Source: Nitrosopumilus maritimus SCM1 (GTDB lineage: Archaea; Thermoproteota; Nitrososphaeria; Nitrososphaerales; Nitrosopumilaceae). From it: DNA of 32,000 nt. Made by a program: the position numbers and the translations under genes. Location: positions 720,001-752,000 of the forward strand of contig NC_010085.1 of the NCBI RefSeq assembly GCF_000018465.1, in the 5' to 3' direction. Below, one piece after another: positions 18,666-27,811 of this stretch (position 1 is the first letter of the stretch; each line of letters opens with the position of its first letter). The notes beneath the pieces are model-generated. The model did no database searches. It was given only the letters and a program-made list of their open reading frames with translations, and was not told where the DNA came from.

Positions 18666-18980
18666 TTATTTCTTAGATTTTGATTTTTTCTTAGACTCTT
18701 TTCCTTCTAATTCCTTCTCAATCTCTTCAGCCTTACTATCAACTGCTTTGATTACTTCTTGAATTAATCCGTCAAGATCACTATCTTCTACTTCCGGCTC
18801 TACTGTGGCTGCAATTTCATTAATTGTGTTTGAAATTTCTGCACTAACATCTTCAAAACTCTCAGGATCCTCATATGTTGAATTGTAGAGATTTTTGAGG
18901 TTATTTACATGTCCTACTACTTGATCCGTTATTACAATTTTGTAATCAGTTCCATTAACGTCGAATTCTTTTGAACTCAT
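18666..18980 (-). CDS. Hypothetical acidic/helical protein with Lys-rich tail
   Basis: 104 aa ORF, biased C-terminus EKELEGKESKKKSKSKK; length and isolated placement support a gene. Confidence 0.65.
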   Translation of the reverse strand: MSSKEFDVNGTDYKIVITDQVVGHVNNLKNLYNSTYEDPESFEDVSAEISNTINEIAATVEPEVEDSDLDGLIQEVIKAVDSKAEEIEKELEGKESKKKSKSKK

Positions 18981-19035
18981 AACATTTTTCGAAATCTTAT
19001 CTTTATAATGTTTTTCAGAGGAAAATGATGAACTA

Positions 19036-19842
19036 TTAGAATACTATGTAATCTAATGCTGAGGCATCACTGATTAATCTAGTATGTTTTGAACCTACTA
19101 CATACCCATTTTTGATGTCTTCTGCAGGGATCCATCTGTTTGTTGATGTATAATGTCTCTTTTCTTGCAATTCTCTTTCAATTGCTTCTACATCAAATTC
19201 TCCTTCTTCTACCTCTTGTGTTGCTAGATGTTTTATGGTTACAAGAATTTTAGTTACTTTTACTCTATCTCCAAATTTCCATTTCATTGGAGGGTTTTCA
19301 TCTGATACTTCTAACACTTTGATTTTCATTTGTTTATTTCCAAATGCATCATGGCTGATCAGAGTCTTTTCATCTGTAAATTCTTCAAAAGTAATTCTGG
19401 AATTTACTTCTTCATCAGATGCTGTTTCTAATAATGCTGCAGAATTAAATTCTGTTGATGGAGTTTCATCATAACTTGTTTTGATACTAATTTCAGGTAA
19501 TTGTGATTCTTCAGGTTCTGGAGTAGGTTCTACAACTGGTTCAGGTTCTGGAGTAGGTTCTACAACTGGTTCAGGTTCTGGAGTAGGTTCTACAACTGGT
19601 TCAGGTTCTGGAGTAGGTTCTACAACTGGTTCAGGTTCTGGAGTAGGTTCTACAACTGGTTCAGGTTCTGGAGTAGGTTCTACAACTGGTTCAGGTTCTG
19701 GAGTAGGTTCTACAACTGGTTCAGGTTCTGGAGTAGGTTCTACAACTGGTTCAGTAGGATTTTTAATTTGCTGAATCCTTTTTGCTTCCTTTTCCCATTG
19801 TAATTGGGCTTCTTCATCTTTGTTTACTTCAGACAATACCAT
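19036..19842 (-). CDS. Hypothetical protein with ([10 protein letters not shown])n spacer
   Basis: 268 aa ORF: charged N-term, eight-copy decapeptide repeat, C-terminal non-repetitive domain. Confidence 0.8.
   Translation of the reverse strand: MVLSEVNKDEEAQLQWEKEAKRIQQIKNPTEPVVEPTPEPEPVVEPTPEPEPVVEPTPEPEPVVEPTPEPEPVVEPTPEPEPVVEPTPEPEPVVEPTPEPEPVVEPTPEPEESQLPEISIKTSYDETPSTEFNSAALLETASDEEVNSRITFEEFTDEKTLISHDAFGNKQMKIKVLEVSDENPPMKWKFGDRVKVTKILVTIKHLATQEVEEGEFDVEAIERELQEKRHYTSTNRWIPAEDIKNGYVVGSKHTRLISDASALDYIVF
19511..19753. repeat. Perfect 30-bp tandem repeat, 8 copies
   Basis: TCAGGTTCTGGAGTAGGTTCTACAACTGGT starts at 19511, 19541 ... 19721 with no mismatches, ending 19750 with a partial TCA. 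Confidence 0.97.
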
Positions 19843-19894
19843 TGATTCTTGTTTATTCTTTAAAAACGATTTGAAGATTTTGTAAAAATTGGCA

Positions 19895-20443
19895 CTATTT
19901 GCGTTGTTTTGTTTTAAATGGCATTTTACATTCTTTTAGATTGATCTCTTTTCGCATCCCATCTACTTTTGCATATATTTTTCCATCATATGTGCAGACA
20001 CAATCAGTAATGTCTAATTTTTCATCCCAAATCTTGTAAAACTCTCTTAATTCTCGGCTTTCGTATTTTCCTATTCCCAATCTTTTCTTTGATAGAAATT
20101 TGAATGCCAATAACACCTTTCTTTTTTTGTAAATATCAAACGTCTTTGCCCACTCTAAACACCTTTCAATTTGATCATATGGTACTGGGAGTGAAGTGCT
20201 TGTTCCAGACTTTGCCTCAATAGTGAAAATGGCACTGTCTTCAGTGTTTACTGCCAATACATCAGGCAGTGCAATGCTGGGAGAACCTAATCGAAATGCC
20301 TTCCAGTTTGGAGTAGCGTTGAATCGTTTAACCAATGTATCTTCCCATTGATACCCACGCTGTCTGCGGGTTTTTGCAGCTTTTTGATTATTTGTTTTAG
20401 TTTTTTTAGATAACTTTGATATTGTTACTGTTCTTGAACGCAT
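19895..20443 (-). CDS. Hjc-like / PD-(D/E)xK family nuclease (Holliday junction resolvase-like)
   Basis: [17 protein letters not shown]...[30 protein letters not shown] matches the E...PD...ExK pattern. Confidence 0.7.
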   Translation of the reverse strand: MRSRTVTISKLSKKTKTNNQKAAKTRRQRGYQWEDTLVKRFNATPNWKAFRLGSPSIALPDVLAVNTEDSAIFTIEAKSGTSTSLPVPYDQIERCLEWAKTFDIYKKRKVLLAFKFLSKKRLGIGKYESRELREFYKIWDEKLDITDCVCTYDGKIYAKVDGMRKEINLKECKMPFKTKQRK

Positions 20444-20594
20444 ACTTTTTTTCCTCTTTTTTAGATATAGTAAGGTGGGTAATTACATAATACCCGTTAA
20501 ATTTCATTGAGTTGTTCGTTTCTTATTTGTGATAGAAACCAAATCTTGGATAAATTTGGTAAAACAATAATACTCTTGAGGAAAAACATCATTC

Positions 20595-20693
20595 ATGGCT
20601 AAAAAGAAACAGGAATTAAAACAACGCCAAAATCTTCAATGTCATTGGCATTGCCCATGTGAAGACTGCCGAAACGATGATGAATCATACTAA
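20595..20693 (+). CDS. His/Cys-rich microprotein (32 aa)
   Basis: MAKKKQELKQRQNLQCHWHCPCEDCRNDDESY read from ATG to TAA; absent from ORF track. Confidence 0.45.
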   Translation: MAKKKQELKQRQNLQCHWHCPCEDCRNDDESY

Positions 20694-20760
20694 ATTTGAC
20701 AATTTCACTTTTGAAATTCGTTAACAGTTTATCTAAATATGACCTAATTTCAAATAATTT

Positions 20761-20955
20761 GTGTCTGAAATTATAATTGAAAAATTACTTGAACAACGAG
20801 ATTTTTACCTTAGCACACTCAAACAATTAGAATTTCAAAGAGTAATGGACCCAACAGAAAACGAACTAAAAGAAATTGAGAAATTACAAACAACTACTGT
20901 TGATCAATTAAAAAAAGTGGAACAAGAAATTGCATATCTTAATTCCCAAAAATAA
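20761..20955 (+). CDS. Small coiled-coil hypothetical protein
   Basis: 64 aa MSEIIIEKLLEQRDFYLSTLKQLEFQRVMDPTENELKEIEKLQTTTVDQLKKVEQEIAYLNSQK with heptad-like pattern. Confidence 0.65.
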   Translation: MSEIIIEKLLEQRDFYLSTLKQLEFQRVMDPTENELKEIEKLQTTTVDQLKKVEQEIAYLNSQK

Positions 20956-21000
20956 CATAAATTACAATGAGTTTATCAAACCCTTATTTTTACAAAATTC

Positions 21001-21828
21001 ATGTTTGATGAAATAGTTCAAAATTTAGTTTCAATAAAACAAGATTTTGCCAAAAATTATTCAGGAAATGCCCACATTCAGGAGGTTGTTCCTGCCTCAA
21101 ATTCTGAAAAATTCCCCCTTGATGAAGGTCATTTACAATCTATTCATAACTTTGCAGAAAAAAATCCAATATACCATGACTCTTTTGAAGAAAAAATTTT
21201 GGGCACTGATTGTGTAGTTTATGAAGGCGACATTAATGATTACTGGTTAAACAGTATCAAACATGGAACAAGTTGTCAGCCATTTTATCCAACATGGATG
21301 ATTTCTGCATATTTGATGACATTAATTGCAAAAAATTTGGGATATGAAGAACTAATTGACATTGGTTCAGGTGATGGACGTATTGCATTTTGTGGGAAAA
21401 TTTTAGGTTTTACAACACACAGTATTGAAATTGATGATGGTCTAGTGGAATTGCAAAAAATAATCTGCAATGATACAAAACAAAGCTTTGATCCTATATG
21501 TGACGATGCATTAGAGTTTGACTATTCTAAATTTCAGCTATCAAAACCAGTATTTTTCATTGGTGGATTGCCTCAAATGGGAGGAGATATGTTGGCAACA
21601 AGTATCATTGATAAAATAAATTCTATTGATCAACTCAAAAGTTCTACTGGGATAGTTTTTGCTGGAACTCATTCTAAAAGACAATTGTCTGGAAATTTGG
21701 CAAATGGTGGATGGAGTTCGTTAATTGAAAATCATAATTTGCAAGTAATTGAAACAGTTTCGCTTCCTACTGTTTGGACATTTGATCAAACTACTGAAAC
21801 CCCTTACATCTATACAAAATTCAACTAA
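21001..21828 (+). CDS. SAM-dependent methyltransferase-like protein
   Basis: ELIDIGSGDGRIAFCGKILGFTTHSIEIDDGLV resembles class I motif I and acidic loop. Confidence 0.65.
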   Translation: MFDEIVQNLVSIKQDFAKNYSGNAHIQEVVPASNSEKFPLDEGHLQSIHNFAEKNPIYHDSFEEKILGTDCVVYEGDINDYWLNSIKHGTSCQPFYPTWMISAYLMTLIAKNLGYEELIDIGSGDGRIAFCGKILGFTTHSIEIDDGLVELQKIICNDTKQSFDPICDDALEFDYSKFQLSKPVFFIGGLPQMGGDMLATSIIDKINSIDQLKSSTGIVFAGTHSKRQLSGNLANGGWSSLIENHNLQVIETVSLPTVWTFDQTTETPYIYTKFN

Positions 21829-22129
21829 CTTCGAAAAAATAATTCCCTTCATTCATCCCACATTTTGAAATTTTTACAATTTGATCAATTTCAGGTTCTT
21901 TAGACATTTTTGCCATGATTCTAAAAGAATCTTCTATCTCTACAATGCAAAAATAATCTTCGTTTTGCTTTGAAAATTCAATGATTTTACCTTGGAAATC
22001 TCCTTTTTTGAGGGATGTTTTACCCATACAAGTGTCACAAAATTCTATTGGTGGCCACACTATTTTTTTGCAAATAGTGCATTCTGGGATTGAAAAATTC
22101 CCTTTAGAAATCTCTTCTTCAAAAATCAC
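21821..22129 (-). CDS. DUF35-type OB-fold/zinc-ribbon acyl-CoA-associated protein
   Basis: IPECTICKKIVWPPIEFCDTCMG zinc ribbon, GKIIEFSK; start overlaps thiolase stop. Confidence 0.85.
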   Translation of the reverse strand: MIFEEEISKGNFSIPECTICKKIVWPPIEFCDTCMGKTSLKKGDFQGKIIEFSKQNEDYFCIVEIEDSFRIMAKMSKEPEIDQIVKISKCGMNEGNYFFEVS

Positions 22130-23241
22130 TTTTCTAACACCAAAATAGTTGAAGATGTTGCTGCTGCAGACATGTTGTGAACTAGACCAACATTTGCATT
22201 TTCAACTTGTCTTTTTTCTGCATTATTTTGCAGTTGTTGCATAATCTCGATAGTTTGTGCAATACCTGTTGCACCTAAAGGATGTCCACAACCAATCAGT
22301 CCTCCTCTTGGATTAATCTTGAGGTTTTTTGTTTCATAAAGTTCTTTTACAATGGTTGTACCTTTTCCAGGATTTGCCATACCAATTGCTTCTAATGCCA
22401 TTGGTTCACATACTGAAAATGCATCATGAACTTCTGCCACATCAATGTCTTTAATTTTTCTCTTTGCCATGTTTAGTGCTGTTTGTGTTGCATGTTTTGT
22501 AGATTCCATTGAATTGAATGATTCATTTTTTGTAAATCCTGCTGAAATTGTTTTTTGACCTACTCCGGTAATCCATATTGGTTGATCAGTAATTTTTTTC
22601 ATCATGTTTTCTGATGCTAAAATAATTGATGCACTTCCCGTACATGATCTCGAACAATCAAGTAATCTAAGATCATCAGTAATTTTTTTAGAATCTATTA
22701 CATCTTGAACTGAATATGTTTTTTTAGAGAGAGCATTTGGATTGTTTTGAGCTTGACTGTGATTCTTTACTGAAACTATTGCTAACTGTTCATCAGTAAC
22801 TGAGAATTTTCGTTTGTATGAACTCGTAAAAATTGATGCCCAAAATATTGGATGTTTAAACTCTCCACGTGAATTGTCCCATTCTAAAATTTGGCCTGGA
22901 CTATCATATCTTTCAGCACCACTTACTAGCACCATATCTGCCAGACCTGCTGCTATGTACGAATAGGCTGAAACAATCGAATTTGTGCCTGAATTACACA
23001 GATTTTCTATAGAATGTGCCGTTTTTGGTTGAATTCCTATGGCCTCTGACAATATAGGTGCAAGATATTTTGAGTTGTTGTTAGTTGAAACCAAAACTGC
23101 ATCAATATCATTTTTTTTGATTTTGGGATTATTTTCAATCAAATTTTTTGTTGATTCAAAAAGTGCAGATTCTATTTTTTTATCATCTTTGGTAAATGGT
23201 GTAATTCCATATGCTGCAATACCTACTTTGTTCATACTCAT
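22126..23241 (-). CDS. Thiolase-like acetyl-CoA C-acyltransferase (archaeal/SCP-x-like)
   Basis: VENLCNSGTNSIVSAYSYIAAG, DVAEVHDAFSVCEPMALE, NPRGGLIGCGHPLGATG. Confidence 0.87.
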   Translation of the reverse strand: MSMNKVGIAAYGITPFTKDDKKIESALFESTKNLIENNPKIKKNDIDAVLVSTNNNSKYLAPILSEAIGIQPKTAHSIENLCNSGTNSIVSAYSYIAAGLADMVLVSGAERYDSPGQILEWDNSRGEFKHPIFWASIFTSSYKRKFSVTDEQLAIVSVKNHSQAQNNPNALSKKTYSVQDVIDSKKITDDLRLLDCSRSCTGSASIILASENMMKKITDQPIWITGVGQKTISAGFTKNESFNSMESTKHATQTALNMAKRKIKDIDVAEVHDAFSVCEPMALEAIGMANPGKGTTIVKELYETKNLKINPRGGLIGCGHPLGATGIAQTIEIMQQLQNNAEKRQVENANVGLVHNMSAAATSSTILVLEK

Positions 23242-24203
23242 TCATCCAAAAATGTTTTTTGTAATAATCTAAACGATTCCATTGTGTCACCTACTGGATT
23301 GAATTGTATTATTGGCAAATCAATTCCTGTTTGTCTGAAAACATCAAGTTGTTTTTTACATTCTTCAGGAGTTCCTGATATTGTAAGTTCTTTTAACATT
23401 GAATCTGGGACTAGTTCATGATTTGATGAAAATCCTGATTTTTTAAATTCTTCAAATATGTTTGATGTTTCTTTTTCAAATCCATTTTTTGCCAAAAATT
23501 CTCTATAGATTTTACCAACGGAAACGTAGAATGCTAATGTCTTTTTTGCACGTTCTATTGCTTCTTCTGCGTTATTTGATACGCATGTAATTATTTGACA
23601 TGTGACGTCTATCTTTCTTTTTGATTGCATTTTTTGAATCGTTTCTTTCATTTCATTTTTAGGTCTAAGATAAAAAATCACACCATCTCCAAGATCCCAT
23701 GTTAAATTTACCATTTTTTCATTAACTGCTGCAATGTATATTGGAATTGATTCTCTTTGTGGTTTGATCAATAATGTAAAATTTTTCAAATTGAAAATTT
23801 TTCCTGAATAGTTTATTGGTTTTCCAGATGTTATCATCTTGATTATCTCAACATATTCTTTCATTCTTTGCAAAGGCTTTTCAAAATTATATCCGTGAAA
23901 AGTCTCTACGATTGGCAAACTACTAGTTCCGAGACCTAGAATTACCCTTCCTTTAGATATTGTATCTACTGTGACTGCCCCCATTGCAATTGCTGCAGGA
24001 CTACGAGAATAGATGTTGATGATTGATGAGCCTATTTTTTGAGTAGAAGTTTTGCTTGATACTGCGCTTAACATTGAAAAATTCTCCATACCCCATGTTT
24101 CAGGCATCCAGATTGCGTCTGCAGTGGTTTTAGATATAATTTCGGCACAATTTAGAACCTCATTTACGGATAACATTGAGCCTAGACTACATGCAATACG
24201 CAT
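23238..24203 (-). CDS. LLM-class flavin/F420-dependent oxidoreductase
   Basis: DAIWMPETWG, AIAMGAVTVDTISKGRVILGLGTSSLPIVETFHG; 4-nt overlap with thiolase start. Confidence 0.82.
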   Translation of the reverse strand: MRIACSLGSMLSVNEVLNCAEIISKTTADAIWMPETWGMENFSMLSAVSSKTSTQKIGSSIINIYSRSPAAIAMGAVTVDTISKGRVILGLGTSSLPIVETFHGYNFEKPLQRMKEYVEIIKMITSGKPINYSGKIFNLKNFTLLIKPQRESIPIYIAAVNEKMVNLTWDLGDGVIFYLRPKNEMKETIQKMQSKRKIDVTCQIITCVSNNAEEAIERAKKTLAFYVSVGKIYREFLAKNGFEKETSNIFEEFKKSGFSSNHELVPDSMLKELTISGTPEECKKQLDVFRQTGIDLPIIQFNPVGDTMESFRLLQKTFLDE

Positions 24204-24263
24204 GAATTACCTAATGCAGATTGGATATTCTAGTGTTCTGTTTTAGCATTGGGTTAATTTTGA

Positions 24264-24452
24264 TTGAGGTGCCGTATTATTCGAAAATCTATACACTATG
24301 AAATGTTGAGCGAACAAACATTTGCACAAATCTCATCCAAAGAATCTACTTTTTGGAATGATGCTACCAAATATGCTTCAGCTAGCAAAGATGAACCCTT
24401 TGTTGAAGAAGTTGCATACATGATGGTAACTCTTCATAGAACTGGCGCATAA
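24264..24452 (+). CDS. Small hypothetical protein; start may be 24303
   Basis: Internal ATG gives MLSEQTFAQISSKESTFWNDATKYASASKDEPFVEEVAYMMVTLHRTGA; divergent from LLM gene. Confidence 0.5.
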   Translation: MRCRIIRKSIHYEMLSEQTFAQISSKESTFWNDATKYASASKDEPFVEEVAYMMVTLHRTGA

Positions 24453-24461
24453 GCCAAAAAT

Positions 24462-25130
24462 CTATTTTATTATTTTCTCTATTTCTAATGCGCATTCTTC
24501 CATATCTTTGAATGAATCTACAGAATACCATTTTGTATTTTTGAATTTAACAGTGTTCAGAGTACCTTTTTTTGCATATTTTGGGAAAACTGTTTTTTCA
24601 ATGTCTCCTTTATCAGGGAGTTCTTTTAGAACTGTTTTTTCTAGATGATAAATTCCTGCATTCATCCATGTGTCTGAAATTTCTTTTTTCTCTCTAAAAT
24701 TTAGGATCTTATCATCATCAGTTTCCAATATGCCATATTTTGTTCTTAATTCAATTGCTGCAATTGCATTTTTCTTTTTTTGTAATTTTTTTAAATCAAT
24801 GTTTGTAATTGTATCTCCATTTAACACAAAAAATGATTTTTCATTGATCATCTTTCCTGCTTTTTTTATGGCTCCACCAGTACCTAGTGGTGTCTTTTCA
24901 ATAGAGAATTTTATTTTGATTCCAATATCTTTCATGTTCAAGTGATTCTCAATCATCTCTGTTTTGTAACCTGTGCAAATAATGACTTCTTTAATTCCAA
25001 ATTTTTTGAGATACCTGATTTGCCATTCTATTATTGGAATATTCTTTATTGGAACAAGTGGTTTTGGGACATAATCTGTTACAGGTTTTAGTCGCTTTCC
25101 ACGACCTCCAGCTAAAATAATTGCTTTCAA
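24462..25130 (-). CDS. NDP-sugar nucleotidyltransferase-like protein
   Basis: MKAIILAGGRGKRLKPVTDYVPKPLVPI, FVLNGDTITNIDL, TPLGTGGAI. Confidence 0.88.
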   Translation of the reverse strand: MKAIILAGGRGKRLKPVTDYVPKPLVPIKNIPIIEWQIRYLKKFGIKEVIICTGYKTEMIENHLNMKDIGIKIKFSIEKTPLGTGGAIKKAGKMINEKSFFVLNGDTITNIDLKKLQKKKNAIAAIELRTKYGILETDDDKILNFREKKEISDTWMNAGIYHLEKTVLKELPDKGDIEKTVFPKYAKKGTLNTVKFKNTKWYSVDSFKDMEECALEIEKIIK

Positions 25131-25166
25131 TAAATTTGTCTAATTTTTAGAGTATATCAAAATTTT

Positions 25167-25442
25167 CTATTTTATTTCTTGAGTTTTCTTACCTATACTG
25201 TCTTTGTTTTTTGATTCTGATTCATCTACTATTTGCTCCATCTTTTCGGCAAATTCCTTGTAAATTTTCTCTAGTTCTTTTAATGGTAATTCAATACCTA
25301 GTAATTTCATAGTTTTATTCCAAGATTCAATGTATTTTTCATCATCAAGACCCTTTCCCAGAGTTTCAGCTATGGAGTGAACTCCCTCTGTTTTTCCTAG
25401 AGCATAAATGGCTATTTCACGTTCAGTTAGCATCATTATCAC
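25167..25442 (-). CDS. Hypothetical protein
   Basis: 91 aa ORF, helical/charged; true start probably an internal ATG just after the GTG. Confidence 0.6.
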   Translation of the reverse strand: MIMMLTEREIAIYALGKTEGVHSIAETLGKGLDDEKYIESWNKTMKLLGIELPLKELEKIYKEFAEKMEQIVDESESKNKDSIGKKTQEIK

Positions 25443-25560
25443 TCTCTGTCATGTAATAGTGGAGTTCAGTATAGCATTCAACGCAATATTCTTCAAAGTT
25501 GGTATGATCACAATCATAGACTTTTTTTACATCATTACTACATTTTGCACAAATTGGCAT
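25423..25560 (-). CDS. Zinc-ribbon-like microprotein (45 aa)
   Basis: MPICAKCSNDVKKVYDCDHTNFEEYCVECYTELHYYMTESDNDAN; CxxC...CxH...CxxC; overlaps downstream ORF start by 20 nt. Confidence 0.6.
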   Translation of the reverse strand: MPICAKCSNDVKKVYDCDHTNFEEYCVECYTELHYYMTESDNDAN

Positions 25561-25567
25561 GATATTC

Positions 25568-25960
25568 TCAGTTAGATTTTGCTATCTTTATTCCACCTAA
25601 TGCCAATTGGATTATGGCTGGAATCAACATCATGGCCATTGAAGCCATAGGGTCTCTATCTGAGGTTTCAGCTGAAGGTGCTGGATTTACCATTACTACA
25701 ATTCCACCAAGAATAATCAAAATACCTGTAATGATGATCATGACTCCTAATCCTTTGGAGGGTTCTTTTAGAGAAATGAAGAATGCTATAATTGGTAAAA
25801 TTAATGCAGGTGCTCCCAATCCCATACCTCTTTGCATGTGATCAAGGGGCAAAAATCCATAGTCGCTATCTGAAGACATTGCAACTGCAACATCTGCAGC
25901 ATAAATCAATAGCAATCCTATTGCAATTCCTGTAATGACTAGTGCTGCAGTTAGTGCCAT
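25568..25960 (-). CDS. Hypothetical membrane protein (about four TM)
   Basis: 130 aa, strongly hydrophobic segments. Confidence 0.65.
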   Translation of the reverse strand: MALTAALVITGIAIGLLLIYAADVAVAMSSDSDYGFLPLDHMQRGMGLGAPALILPIIAFFISLKEPSKGLGVMIIITGILIILGGIVVMVNPAPSAETSDRDPMASMAMMLIPAIIQLALGGIKIAKSN

Positions 25961-25993
25961 GATAATTTTTTTTCCTCACAACTAATATACTTA

Positions 25994-27136
25994 TCAGATA
26001 GATTGAACTGCTGCCCTAGGTTTTATGGATTCCAATTTCTTCAATAGATCTTCAACTGATTCATTGTTTGTAGATATCAGATTAAAATGACCTAGTTTTC
26101 TCATGGGTTTAGAAATTTTCTTTCCATACATTTTGAGAAATAGATTTTCTTCGGGGATTTCTAATGGCTTGTATTCTCCCTCAAAGGTTTTTGTTCCAAG
26201 TATATTGTACATTATGGTAGGACGTAAAAGTTTGGTACTTCCAAGATCTAATCCTAAAATTGCACGCAAATGTTGTTCAAACTGTGATGTTTCACTAGAT
26301 TCCAAAGTATGGTGTCCTGAATTGTGAACTCTAGGAGCAATTTCGTTAATTACAATCTGATCATCTCGAGTTACAAACATTTCAATTCCAAACACTCCTG
26401 CACCTTTTAGTACGTCCATAGTTTGACTGGCAATTTTTTCGGCATTCTTTGTTATTTCTTCAGAAACTCTTGCAGGAGCAATTGTTTCGCGCAAAATATT
26501 TTCTTCATGAATATTTTCTACAAGAGGAAATGTTTTGATTTCGCCTTTAGTGTTTCTAGCTGCAATTACAGATACTTCCATTTTGAATGGCACAAATTTT
26601 TCTAACATCAATTTTTGATCTTTGAAATAATCATATGCTGTTTGGACCATGTCTTCAGAGTCTACCTTAAAGTTTCCTCGTCCATCATATGCATCACGTC
26701 TTGCTTTGAGCAATGCAGGATATCCAAATTTTTTCAATCCCTCTTTAACATCATCAATGTTTGAAATTTCTATAAACTCTGGAACAGGGATACCGTGTTC
26801 TTTAAGAAATGTTTTTTGTAAGAATTTGTCTTGAATTGTATGTAATGTTTCAGGAGAAGGGTTAATCTCTGCATTTTTTTCAACGGATTTTAAGACTTCG
26901 CTATCTCCTGATTCAATTTCATATGTAATAATGTCTGATTTTTCTGAGAGTTCAATTATGGCATTTTTGTCTTTGAAATCTGCAACAATTTGTTCTGCAC
27001 CTACTTGAGCTGCAGGACAATTCTCTGTAGGATCCAATACTATGATTTTTGAAACATTTTCAGGCATCTTTTTGGCAGCCTCTGCTATCATCATGCCAAG
27101 CTGTCCTCCGCCTATGATCCCTAAAATTTTGGTCAT
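25994..27136 (-). CDS. purK: 5-(carboxyamino)imidazole ribonucleotide synthase
   Basis: GIIGGGQLGMMIAEAAKKM, YPALLKARRDAYDGRGNF, EIAPRVHNSGHHTLE. Confidence 0.93.
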   Translation of the reverse strand: MTKILGIIGGGQLGMMIAEAAKKMPENVSKIIVLDPTENCPAAQVGAEQIVADFKDKNAIIELSEKSDIITYEIESGDSEVLKSVEKNAEINPSPETLHTIQDKFLQKTFLKEHGIPVPEFIEISNIDDVKEGLKKFGYPALLKARRDAYDGRGNFKVDSEDMVQTAYDYFKDQKLMLEKFVPFKMEVSVIAARNTKGEIKTFPLVENIHEENILRETIAPARVSEEITKNAEKIASQTMDVLKGAGVFGIEMFVTRDDQIVINEIAPRVHNSGHHTLESSETSQFEQHLRAILGLDLGSTKLLRPTIMYNILGTKTFEGEYKPLEIPEENLFLKMYGKKISKPMRKLGHFNLISTNNESVEDLLKKLESIKPRAAVQSI

Positions 27137-27235
27137 ATTACACCCAATATCTATGGAATAAAAATAGCTAATGTTACAGATTCATCAAAAATCTAAATCG
27201 TTATCATTAATTACTAACTAGTTTTTTCTAATATC

Positions 27236-27811
27236 GTGACATATTCAAAAAAACCCCTTGTTGGAATCATAATGGGTTCTAGTTCGGATTCTAGAATAAT
27301 GAAAGGAGCAGCTGAAATTCTTGATGATTTTAAAGTAAAGCATGAAGATCAAATTATTTCAGCACACAGAACTCCAGCTAGATTGGCAGAGTATGCACAA
27401 CATGCAGAAAAGATGGGTTTTGATATAATCATTGCAGGTGCTGGTGGAGCAGCACATCTTCCAGGTATGATTGCATCACATACAGTCATTCCAGTAATCG
27501 GCGTACCAATACTAGTTTACAATGACAAACACCACAAAAAAACAGATACTGAAAAATTTTCAGCATTTGGAGGATTGGATTCATTGTTGTCTATTACTGA
27601 AATGCCCTCGGGATCTCCTGTAGTTGCAGTAGGAGTAAACAAAGCAGGTAATGCAGGAATTTATGCAATGAAAATTTTAGCAAACAAATTCCCAGAACTC
27701 AAAAAGAAACTAAAACAACATAAATCTAATCAACATGAATCAGTTGTTAAAGAATCAGAAATGATGAAGAAACAAGGATTATCTTCTTTTGCTAAAAAGA
27801 AATTCAAATAA
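27236..27811 (+). CDS. purE: 5-(carboxyamino)imidazole ribonucleotide mutase
   Basis: VGIIMGSSSDSRIMKGA, SAHRTPARLAEYA, AGGAAHLPGMIAS; divergent from purK. Confidence 0.93.
   Translation: MTYSKKPLVGIIMGSSSDSRIMKGAAEILDDFKVKHEDQIISAHRTPARLAEYAQHAEKMGFDIIIAGAGGAAHLPGMIASHTVIPVIGVPILVYNDKHHKKTDTEKFSAFGGLDSLLSITEMPSGSPVVAVGVNKAGNAGIYAMKILANKFPELKKKLKQHKSNQHESVVKESEMMKKQGLSSFAKKKFK

Noticed and set aside
19511-19753. Possible CRISPR-like array
   Set aside because: The repeats are head-to-tail without unique spacers and keep a coding frame; it is a protein-coding tandem repeat.
19481-19774. + strand ORF of ([10 protein letters not shown])n, 97 aa
   Set aside because: It is purely the antisense reading of the 30-bp tandem repeat inside the 19036-19842 gene.
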